From NCBI GenBank assembly GCA_965153455.1, contig OZ234493.1, forward strand, positions 2,852,001 through 2,916,000: 64,000 nucleotides of DNA, read 5' to 3'. This DNA comes from Sphagnum compactum. Its lineage: Eukaryota. The notes beneath the pieces are model-generated. The model made no database searches, had not been told where the DNA came from, and saw only the letters and a program-made list of their open reading frames with translations. The position numbers and the translations under genes are program-made. Below, one piece after another: positions 1 to 12,049 of the stretch (its first letter is position 1; each line of letters begins with the position of its first letter).

Positions 1-2106
1 TCCTTGCTGGGACGATAATGGGGTAAGCTTGATGGGTCGCATGGCAGTGGCTTTGTATTGAAAAACTGCCAAAGCATTCCAAACAATACTTTAGTTTCAC
101 ACCTACCTATGCATATCCACAGAGACCATATTCTTAGGAGACATTGCATGGGAATTGAGATATGTGCAACTGCTTGAGACAAAGAATGCACTTACATCAC
201 TTTTTAAAGCTTCTGCTGCACTCCCACGATCAGCTGGTTCAATAGCAAGGAGGGTATCAAGCAAGGCCAATGATGAACTGGGAAACTCTTTAAAAGTATC
301 CATTATGCATCGCTTGTAAGGTTGCTGAGGTTTGAAAATGGTTGCATGCGGCAACTTCGATTTTATCCAATACTCTTCTGATGGAGAACCACATAGTTTA
401 AATATCTTGTGCAGCTGTTCTACCTGCCCAAAAGGGACACAAAGTTGCTTGTTTTAGACCAAGTAGGAGGAGCTGACAAGGTCCCAAAATGCTGTGCTTG
501 CAAGCCATATAAACCAGAACATGGGTCGTGTTTCAAACACCACCAGCAACAATGGGACAACCAGTTGGACAAACATTGACCATGAGCAAGGTTATCTGTA
601 TCAAACCTCAGTACGACCTGGCATGATTGACTTTCCAGCTAGCAGCTCAGCCAAAATGCACCCTGTACTCCACAGGTCTACTCCTACACCATACTCTGTG
701 GCACCAAGTAACAGTTCTGGAGCTCGGTACCACAATGTAACAACACGGCTAGTGAGTTGTTGTTTCTGATGGGGATTGAAGAATGTGGCAAGCCCAAAAT
801 CAGCAATTTTCAATATGCCTTCATTATCTAACAGCAGGTTTGAGCCTTTAATGTCCCGATGGAGAACTCCGTGTTGGTGACAATGATCCAAACCCCGTAG
901 CAGCTGCTGTAAATAGCACTTCACCTGTCATAACCCATTAAACCCTAGTGCACTTCTATTTAGTAATTTGAAGCTGATTCAGCACATGACAAGCCAGATA
1001 TCTGCACACAAGTTGGACCCCTGGAAATGAGTATGAATGGACACAAATGTTAAGGGCCTCTCAGCAGCAGCAGAGCAACAACTCCTACTAAGTAGAGAAA
1101 AAAGTACCTGTGCTTCTGTGAACACGATCGCAGGACAAGCAGCAAGACCAGCAAGGTCATGTTCCATGTACTCAAAGACAAGATAGAGACTGCATGACAT
1201 CCGAGAGGTCACCAAGCCCTCCAGCTTCACCACATTCGGATGATCCAATCGCCGTAGTATCTGAATTTCCCGAGCCATGAAGCGCACACTTTCCGGTTCT
1301 AGGGTATCAAACCGCACCTTTTTCAGAGCCACAATTTTGCCTGTCTCCAGATCACGAGCCTTGTACACATTGCTGTATGTTCCTTGACCAATCTGGAACA
1401 TTTCCAAACTTGTTTGTCAATACAAGGGTAGTAGGGGGTGGGTGGCTTACAGGCAGCTTCAAATTGTGCCTCACAAAGATTGATTCTTGCAGAAACCCAT
1501 CACAGAAACCCACTTCAAGAATGCTTAGAATCATACAGACATCTACACTGGCCATCACCATACCTCACAGGGGAGGGATGATGATGCTGAAACAAAAGCA
1601 ACACCTATGCTCTACAGACTTACTTTGTCGAGTTTCTCAAATGATGCAGCATGGCGAGGAATCCAACCCTTGAGAGCCTCTCCAGCCACAGCAGACAACC
1701 AGCCAGGCCATCCTGCCGCAATTTGTTCAGCCTCTAGGTTCTTTGTTGGGACGTGACTCAATCTCAGGCCGCCGCCACCAGCTGCCTCCTCTTCCTCCTT
1801 CCCCTCCTGTGCTGCTTGCTCTCTCTTTCTCCTAGACTGCCTTACTACGTCTACTACTAGTTCCTCCTCCTCCTCCTCCGACACAGCTTGGGAGTCGATG
1901 ACATTTTTTTTAGTCCTGAGTTTCACCGGATCCTTGTTGTCTTTTCCTCCGGCGGCTACAAGAATTGCAGCATCTGCGGTCTCTACTTTAGCACTTGTAC
2001 TCGGTCGTCGTCGTCTCGCCACTCCTCCAGCTGCGGAGACCTTCTCTTCCTTGTCGCTTTCTAAGCCCTGGTGCGGCACCCTCTGCTTGGTACAAGCACA
2101 ACCCAT
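1..2106 (-). CDS. CDK-like Ser/Thr protein kinase (plant CKL/CDKC-related, At1g54610-like). 3' end lies outside the window. Exons 2106-1624, 1392-1108, 924-607, 423-196, 65-<1
   Basis: Spliced translation gives MGCACTK...GWPGWLSAVAGEALKGW...FEKLDK|IGQGTYSNVY...VALKKVRFD...PESVRFMAREI...|...HRDIKGSNLL...DFGLA...VVTLWYRAPELLLG...|VEQLHKIFKLCGSP...|FFNTKPLPCDPSSLP. All four introns are GT-AG and in frame. The MGC N-terminus is a candidate myristoylation/palmitoylation motif. Confidence 0.95.
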
Positions 2107-2565
2107 GGTCTCTGTACTACTACCCCAGAACACCACCCACTCCAACCACGATCTGAGCCGGGAGCTCGATACCCAAACCCCCGGAGGTTTAACCACACTA
2201 GCAGCGTAGTCGTCCTACCACGACGCTCCTTATCGATGCCCGTCTGTGTGAGATCTCTTGTTTCTCCGTCACAATTAACCCCCACCTCTTTTCTTTCTTT
2301 CCCGAACAGCAGACACAAGCTCGCTCGCTCGCTCGACCACAGAACCAGCACTACCGACAGAGTGACGACAGTCTCGACAACTGCAGCAGCAGCAGATGGG
2401 AACGTGAAAAAAATACATACCCGATGTCAGCGATGATAGCTCCAGCGAGCTTGCGACCCAACAAAAACTCCATGCAAGGTGGTGGTGGTGGTAGTGTTCT
2501 TCTTCGCCTCGCATTCCTCGTCGTCGCAGCAGACCCACCAACGGATGCACATAGTGACGCAACAA

Positions 2566-2689
2566 GAGCAGCAGCAGCAGCAGCAGCTTGGCGGAGCTTC
2601 TTCTTCTTCTTCTTCTTTTGCCGCAACAAGAGTGTGCCCATTGTGGTGGTGAGCAGCAAGCCAACAAGCAAGCAAAGAAGCCAGCAACC

Positions 2690-2735
<46 letters not shown>
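2566..2735. repeat. Microsatellite cluster (GCA)n, (TTC)n and (GA)n upstream of the kinase, in the probable leader/promoter
   Basis: Simple repeats seen directly. They generate the spurious low-complexity ORFs in the track. Confidence 0.9.
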
Positions 2736-2738
<3 letters not shown>

Positions 2739-5639
2739 CTTGGAGAACACAACCAATTTCTCAAAGAAACAAAAGCAATCGCCCAAATCCAAAACTCAAA
2801 AACCCACCAAAGCCAAAAAAGCTGCCATGCGTATCCCTACACTCTCGCCAGGTACCTCTACCCACTCGGTAAATTTGGCTATTTATTATTAATATTGGAG
2901 TACCCCTAGTAGTAGTAAGTACCACCTTGGCAGCTTCGACACAAGTCTGTCGCATCGTTTTGTTTTCTAAATTTCGTCAAAATGCAAAAAAAAATTAAAT
3001 AAATTAATTTGGGGCCGCCACCCCTTCTTATTATAAAGGCCTTTTTTTTTTCATTTGTTTATAAATTTTAAACAAAAGCATTCGCTTAAAAAGCAAGGGT
3101 AAACAAAAACATTTATTGTCTTCCCTGTCTTTTGTTGCCATTTATTGTTAAATCTTTCTTGGAATGCTAGCCAATAAAAATCAATATCAAAATTTTGAAA
3201 ACAAAAAATCACTCATTTGTTTGTTGAATTATTTATTTTTGAAATTCTCATTTTGATGAATAGAATATATTCTAGGGGAAAAAAATTCATTAATTTTCCT
3301 TCACAATTTTTTTTTTCCTTTGGCGAAAAAAAACACCATTTAAAAAAATTTCAACATTTCTGAAAAAACTAATGGAATTATTGTTCAAGCTTGCTTGACA
3401 AGATAGGAGGGCACTGCAAAAAAAAATTGAACTCATGGGTCACAATGACACCTTGTGATGAACATTCCTCAAAATTTGCAAGCACTAAACAAGAGAAATG
3501 AATTAAATGTGACACTAACTAAGCTTGACACAATTATTGCAAAACGGTGCCCAACATGAAAAATTTATTCTTTATTTTTTCCTTTTATTGTACTTGAACT
3601 ATGATGAATGCTTTAGGGTAAACAAGCCCCTCACCAAACATCATTTGATAATTGAACATTCATCCAATGTAAACTAGCCTTGGTCAATAGTTAGGGGCTT
3701 TTTTGTCAATTGAACAATCGATTGTTAAAAAAAACATGTTTAGTGAATTTGGGTGACCCACACATAATGTTGTTTTTGTGTACAGTTATGGGTGTGAGAA
3801 AGAAAGTGATGGAATTAATAAATTTTGACTTGTATGTTTACACATGTTCAATAACGGGAAATTATGGGCACATTTTCATGCACATAAGTGAGAGCAAATA
3901 AGATGCAAAACTATTTTTTCAAAGGCAAGGTTTTGTTTATGGGTAGGTTGGATTCATTTTCACTAAACATGAACACAAGATAAACAAAGAGAATGTTTGG
4001 TTAAAGGGTTTGTTTGTCAGATTAATGAACATGCAAATGCTCATAAATAAAGCCCTAAATCCTTACTAGGATACAATGCATGAAGATTACCAAAGACATC
4101 GAATTTTGAGTCTTCCAAAAAATTAATTATTAGTTTCCAAAGATTTAATCTTCAAGATTCCTATTAAGCTTTTGCAATTTGCATTCCCTCCAGAAACAAA
4201 ACTCGACACTAAAACAAGTTTAAACATAGGTAAAATTCAACTTAAAGTTATAGTTCATTGTTATTGTTAGTCCTCTTTTTCAAATACGTCGTCCTTATAA
4301 GTTACAATAGGAGAATAGCTCCAACTTTGCTTCAAATTCTTAAGTCTTATCATTGAAATGCTAAGAAGTATTGGAGTTAATCACAATTCAAATCTATTAA
4401 TAAAAGTAGAACATGTAGAAGAAGAAAGGTCAAGCTTGAAACTTTTCCTATAAAAAATAGGTGTTAAGGAGAAAGTGCAATAAGTAAATGAAAAATAATC
4501 AAGTTCTAACGTAGATGTGCAAAAAATTACATTGCAAGTGAAAGTAAAACAAATAGATAATCAATTGCCTAGTTCAAAGGTAGATTTGTAACAAAAAGAT
4601 CTTAAGATAAAACCAATAAAATACACCATTAGAATTTTAAATAAAAATCATAGATCACATTTACAACCAAAGGTTCAAAAAATATTTGGATCATTGTTGG
4701 ATTCAACAATCTATAATTTGAACTTCTAGATTAAGGAGATTCAAAAGAACAAGGGATCAATTAACCCATAATAATTATTCATATAAATTTCTTCCCATAA
4801 CCTACACATCAACAGAAGATGTTGATTTAGTGTGGGAAGACTTTGTAAATTTTTATATTTTCATCTATTATATTATAACACTACTTGAACATGTAAAAAA
4901 TACATTTTCAAACTTATTGCACATTTTGGATTCTTGGGGTGTGTATAGGAAAGAAAAAGGCATACCATTAGTTGGGCAAGAACACACACCACCAAGCTCT
5001 TGGAGTTTGGGACTCAAAAAATAGCAAATTGTTCATTAAATGGAAGGGAGGATGTAGAAATAGGAAAAAATTAAAATGATGATGGATGATCAATTTGCAA
5101 TGGGTTGTCAAAGCTCTTAAGTGCATTTACAGAAAAAACTACAAAGGTTAAAAATGGTGAATGCCTAAAAGAAAAAGTAAGCAAAAGTTGTCTTGGTCTT
5201 TTTAAAGTGAAAGGTGAAAATGTGATCCCCAACATTACCATCTTCATGAAGATAATGTTGGGGAGACATTCTCATATTTTTCCTACTTCCAAAAAAATTA
5301 TTATCTCTTATTTACTTTATTATAACTATTCAAATAATAGTAAGGAAGTCTTTATTTAACAAATAAAAATATTAATTAATAGTTTACTCTACTACAATTA
5401 TTATCATGGATGTCAATGCCATGGGGCTCATTTTTTTGAATGTTCATCCATGACGTGTATTGAACTTGTACCTAACTTTTAATTTAATTTCAGTTCACTT
5501 TTAGTTTAACTTCTAATTAAGTCTTAGTTCACTTATAGTTAAGTCATAGTTAAGCTTGAATTAACTCCCAGTTAATTTCGAAACAACTTTGAATTAAATC
5601 CTAGTTAAATCCCAAATAAACTCCCACTTCACTCTTAAT

Positions 5640-5945
5640 TTATTCAATGGCTTAATTAGTCTGTCAACAATCTAATCACTAAACACACAAACTTTAGTTG
5701 GATTTTTCCCTTCTTAATATAATCACAAATGAAATGACATTGATTTTGATATGTTTATTTCATGCATGTAGATGTTAATTTTTCATCATTTTTATACAGG
5801 ATTGATTGTCAAATGAAATAATGATTGGTGTACCTAATTTTACACCAATTTTTGCAAGTAACCATTTTTTTTTTTGTAGTTTATGTGCCACTAAGCAGCC
5901 CTTTGCAACCTTAACAATGTGTTTGGTTTCCATAGGCCATTTCCT
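5640..5945 (-). mobile_element. Decayed Ty1/Copia pol fragment (RNase H domain)
   Basis: The minus strand reads TPIIISFDNQSCIKMMKN...KHIKI..CHFICD...KGKIQLKFC...D*IVDRLIKPL. This matches the Copia DNQS/KHI/ADILTKPL motifs, with stops and frameshifts. Confidence 0.8.
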
Positions 5946-8900
5946 TGAGTTCATCATTTATGGGTGATTATAGTTTAAACTCCTTACTAATCCATAGTGC
6001 CCGCTTAAATGGGATTATTATTAATTTGTGGATAAACTCATTGCAACTCAACGTATTTTTACGGGTCTAAATGTCATCAAACAAATTGCATGAATTGCAA
6101 TGAATGTAATTCACCGTATGTGAAACTCAACTTGTGCAATTCAATTACAATTATGCATAAACAACTATTATGCAATTCTAATGCAATTAGTTTACAACTA
6201 CTATAGTAATATCATGTTGACATCATTTTCATCGATCCATTAAAATCTAACATGTGACATATTCAAAAATTGTCACATGATATAGTAATTGAATTTTGAG
6301 TTTTAATCAATTAATATAAATATTTATATAAATAATTATGTAGGTTGATACATAAACATAGGTAGGTAAGTAGGTTAATAGGTCTTACTTACTTATTTAA
6401 GTACATAGGTAAAATTAAGTAGGTAAGTAAAACTAGGTAGGTGGGACATACTCACATATTTAGTTTACATGCCTACCTACATAATAGGTAGGTAGGATAT
6501 ACTTATTTATGCTACATACCTACTTATAATTTTTAATGAGTAAACATGTAATTTTTATTTTTTTTATGTCTTACTTTTAAATTTAAGTTTTTTTTAATTC
6601 ATCCAAATTGGCATATATATTTTAATGTGAACATATAATAAAACACACCTTTTTATATAATTTGTGAAATGAAATTCAAGAAAAAAAAGGGTTAAATATT
6701 TTAATTACACATTATTGCAAATTGGGTTGCAATTAAAATATACATTTCCTTAGGTCTTTGTGTTTGTTTTTAATTTTGTAAATTGTACAACTAAATAAGT
6801 ATTATCACTTAATTATATATGTGAATTAATTATCAATAATTATTTATTTAAAATAATTATTTATTTAACTCAATTGAAATTATTATTATTTTAATTCAAA
6901 ATATTAATTCAAATTAATTACTAAATATTAATTAATATGGAATTCTTAATAAATTTATAAATATCATCATTAAATATTAAGGATTAAATATGATTTTCTT
7001 AGTTATTAACTTATTAATAGTTACAATTTTTTTTTAAAAATAGTTTTATAATGGTAATGTAATGGTAGAAATAATTGTGTCAACAGGAATCATAGTTGTA
7101 AATTATTTGCAAGTGTTATATTTATTACGCGGTGAAAAAATGCAAACATGTGGCAAATCGTATGTCTTAATGTTGTTCAACTACCATGAAATTTCTAAAG
7201 AACAATTTGTTAAAAAATTAAACATAATTTATAACAATATGTACAATATGTAGATTACACCATATAAATATCCCATTTGACACTAAGTTGCAACTACATT
7301 ACGATTCTTTGATTTTTCTCATGTGTCATTCTATTTATTAATTAATTATATTTTAATGGTTTAATTATAATGTAATTATATATTAGTTATTTTGGAACTT
7401 TAATTGCAGGGTAATGTTATTTCGATAGACATGACTTTTCATAATGTTTATGAAACACTTATTATGCACAATGTGATATTACATACACTTTTACCATTTT
7501 ACATTTCTAACATAATTTGGCATTTAAAAATAGTTGATAAATTGTGATTGTTCAAAATATTCACAAGTTATTACTTAATAATGCATCTCACGTTAATTTT
7601 ATCAACACTTGAATTATTTTTCAAAATAATATTAATATGATGTTCATAGGTCTTTATTATTATGTGTTTTGTGATATGACTTTAATATAAGATGTAAATC
7701 TCGAAATACATGAAACATGTGCCATCCCTCGAAACTTGATGTAAACATCATTAAAGGTAATCGAAAAATAGTTTCAAATGTTTAGAAAGTGTTTAGAGAT
7801 TGGTTAGCACAAGTAAAAAATGTCATCTAAAATGAACATTATAAGAGGCTTTGCAAAATCCATTAAACTAAAAACTTATGATATGTTTTTTTTTTTAAAA
7901 ATGTTTGTGAAAATCTTTTGCTCAATTTGAAGTTAGGGTTAGGAATAAGGAATAAGGTTACATTTTAAGGTGTTAAAGTTTACATTAATTTTAAGGTCTA
8001 GGTTTAGGGTCAAAAATGATTTTTAACTTAAATTAATTTAGGTTGGGTTAAGGGTTATTGTTAAAAGTTTAAACATTTATGTTAATTTATAGTTTATAAT
8101 AAAAAAACAATCTTGTTTACATTCATTTGGGGTAAATTTTAAAAAGTTAGGTGAATTTGGGTTAGGGTTTAAAATTTTAGCACATTGATTTTTTTTCTTT
8201 GTGTACCAAGATACAAGATAACCATAAGTTAACATGATAACCATATCCATAAACATTTCATTTTCATTATATTTTTATTCATTTTTTTGTATGCACAAAA
8301 ATTAAAATAAATAATCATTATTTATATACACAATAATCGATTAGAGAGCATGTGCAAATAGTTGAGACAACATGTTTGTTGAAGAAAAATTTCATCTTCA
8401 TTTATCATCTTAGGTACACTTATTTAATGAAAAGTATTATAAAAAACTCTCATTGCATAATGCATGTCTCAAATGAACATTATTCATAATTATGGGAGTA
8501 ACACGAAATTATTCAATGCACATGTAGTTTTAAATGTGGAATTTTCGGTGATATATTAATTTATCTAAATTATTTTCTTATGAAATTATTTTTATCACTT
8601 TATAATTTATAACAATTTTTGGGTAGAAACCATGGTTATTGAAATTTTGCAAAGGTCATAGAAAATAAAGTGAAATTGATTTTTTTGGAATTTAATATAT
8701 TTCTTTGACCTTGACTTGGGAATGTGTTTGTTTTTGAAATGTTTTTGAACATTACACAATACTCATGTGAAATCATCAACATTAATACATGTTTGTTTTT
8801 TATGTGCAATGAAAAACCCATCAAGGTTATATAAGACATTCAAACAATACAAAAAATATTTGTTTTATGTTGAATGATAAGATGCATCAAACGAATGTGC

Positions 8901-10899
8901 TTTGTCAATAAGAAATTATTATGAAGGTTTATGACAATATTAAAGCAAAAAACTTACACAATTTATTTTTGAAACAAAAGCATTTGAAATTCAAAAATCA
9001 GAATTAAATTACAACTATATATTTTTCAAATTGAATTTATAATTATAATTTGGATTATAATTATTTAATCATCATCACTAATAGTGTGTAGTAATGCAAA
9101 ACCCATATATATTAAGTTAATTAGTAAATAATGAGTTAGGTGAATAAGTAATAATTAAATGTCATGTGGCTCAGGTCTAATGTAAATGATGCATGCTTTA
9201 CATTAAAACCTAGTTTAAATATAACCTAAGTGACACATAGGCTATTGGAACATACGTTTAATTTAAATGTCACATGATTTACTTTAAATTTCATATCAAT
9301 ATTGATCAATTTATTTTATTTACAAAAGTTTTTGCGTTTTTTCAATTTCTAGAATGTAATGAACATACCTAACAAAATAACAAATAATTTCATTAATTAC
9401 ATAATTACAATAAATAAACTAATTAGAATTTTTTTTAAATATTTCTTAAAAACATTAATTCAATATGCAATGACACATGACTTTGTATATACGTATTTAT
9501 CTTTTAATCAAGTTGTTGTGTAATTTCATGTCGTAAAACATTTCTTGTCAATATTGTGCACATGTAATTTTTTTAACATTTAGAAGATGTTAAACAACAT
9601 AAACATAATGACATAAACATGATGGAATGAAAAACTTGTTCATTAACTTTTTATTCATTAAAAAAGCCCTTCAATACTTTGTCTTTAAATATGATTAGTT
9701 GTAGTTATGGAAGATTTAACAAGGTTTGTCTCACAAATCCCTGATAAAACTTCACCTTAATATCTCTTTTTACATTACAGTTTCACAAGAATGAACAAGG
9801 TTCACAAAAATTATATTATATAAACTTTAAGTCTTGAAAATTTTAAAACATTTTTAATATTCACCCTCATGCACACATGAGATGAATGTACATGTCAAAA
9901 TGTTTATGTGCATCAACATTACATGCCATGAAATTTTTTTAACATTTTTTTATTTTCTTATAATGAGACCTTGTTTACATTCATTTACATTTTTTAAAAA
10001 TCAAAATGGTTTTGATAAAAGATGAAATGACATTATAGAATAAAACCTTAACAATTACAAAAAAAAAATGTTAATAAATGATCTTGAATTTCAAAATTTT
10101 CAAAAATCGAACAATTCAACTTGAGCATTAGAATTTTCATGAAATGTTATTTTGAATTTTTATTTTTGAAAATGTAAACATTTCACATTTTGATGAAAAA
10201 TATTTCATGTATTTGTTAAAAGAAATTTATTTAGTTTATATCATTTTACCTTGTAAATAACATGCATATCATCAAACAAATATTTTAAAAATGCACATAT
10301 GTATTGAATTACATTGCTTAATTATTGTTTTCAAAGATTTTCAACATGTTTTGATTTCCCAACATGTTTTTAATCCTCTTCAAAAAAATAGGAACATAAA
10401 CATTTAAAATTTTACAAATCATATAATGCCCTATCACACATCATTTTGTAATTAATGTGAATAAAAAAATGATATAAAGATAGACACATGTGTAAAACCA
10501 TTTAAAAAAAAATTGAATTAAAAATATCACTTGAAAGATGTTTTAAATATAATGTTTTTTGATAAAACTTAATAAATTAAATGTGAGACAAATAATCTTG
10601 AAAACCTCAATATGTTTTCAATTCAGTGAAAAAACATTTCACAATAAATATAATAATATTCATTATATATTCATGAAAATTGAACATTTTAATTATCACC
10701 ATGTTTTTAATGATTAATTTCAATTGTTTTGATGCCTTCAAGGTCAAAGATGATTAAAATTAAAATTTAGATTAATTAATGAAAGAAATAAAAAGAAATA
10801 AAAAAAAATTCATCAAAATTTTTAATAAAAAATGTCACATATTGCATGTTAATCTAAATGACACATAACAAATGAATGTAAGTTAAAATGACATGATGT

Positions 10900-11920
10900 T
10901 ATGCCCGTATGTATGGCTTCATACATGACGGCTGGTCACGGGCATGCCAATCATACCCTTAGGGTTAATGTACGCTTTTAAGATTAATGTATGTTCTTAG
11001 GTTACTATACGTTATTATGTGTTTTAGGGTTTGGCTTGTTTAGGGTTTCAACTTTGTTGACAGTTATATAAAAGGTCAAGCTTTTCTCTTCTCTTATTAA
11101 TTTTTCTAAAATTCTTTTGTCAGGGAAAGTTTCCTCCATAATTAAATTGAATTTCTAGATGCCCACGACGACTATTACACAACCATCATTTACATACACT
11201 ACGTTTTATTCCCTTCTTTTCAATTTAATTCTAGAAAAACTGCTTTCTGTCACTTAATGTTGAAAGCGATAGATTTTTTCTAGCTTTGAGTTTCTTCTTT
11301 TGTTGTGTTGCAGTGCAGCCCAACGAAGAAGACGACGGCAGCAACGCTGTCGCCTTCTTCCTCTTTTTTTTTAGCAGCGTAACAAAGAAGGTGACTGTCG
11401 TCGCATTCTGTCTTTTTTTTTGGGTAGCAGAGAGAAGAAGGTGACGATGGCAGTGCCTTCTTTTTTATTCGTTATAGCGTAAAAGGCTTGTAGTGCAGAG
11501 AGCGACGGTAACAAGTTTGTATTGAAGAAGAAGACAACAGCTGCCGCCACTTTCTTCAATGGCTTTGCTATAAGGAAATGACGACCTCCCTTTTTTTTGT
11601 GGTTTTGCTACAAAGAAGGTGACGGCAGCAACGTCGTCACCTTCTTCTATGGTGGCAGTTTTCTTTGTTTTCTTTGTTGGTATTTATGGTTTAGTTCATT
11701 AGGATTAACATTTAATAGTAAATGGTGGTTTTTTGTTTAGGGTTGGAGGTTGTAATGGCTAGGGGAAGAAGACTAAGGAAAAGCGGTGGTGGTGAGTTCG
11801 AAGTCAATAAGCAAAATGTTACTGCGTTAGATGAGGCAATTCTTCTGCCAAATGTTGCTGTGTCAGATGAGGCAATTCTTCTGCCAAATGTTCGATGTTC
11901 GTCTCATGTGACATTATAAC
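10900..11920. repeat. Unclassified interspersed element with a GC-rich terminal hairpin, a GAAGAAGACGACGGCA-type core and a 36-nt tandem duplication (11829-11892)
   Basis: Composition shifts relative to the flanks. An inverted repeat is present at 10901-10945, and agatgaggcaattcttctgccaaatgtt occurs twice. Confidence 0.5.
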
Positions 11921-12049
11921 ATGTGGTGTATGATTTTAAATTATCAAATTGATTAATTAATTCAATTGAACAATATAACTATTGATTAAAAAAAATTATG
12001 TAAAAACATTATGAATAAAAAAATCATCGAATGAGGAGCTTGGCCTTAG

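Noticed and set aside
2275..2909. Several overlapping 90-160 aa ORFs
   Set aside because: Products of (GA)n, (GCA)n and (TTC)n microsatellites with no recognisable domain.
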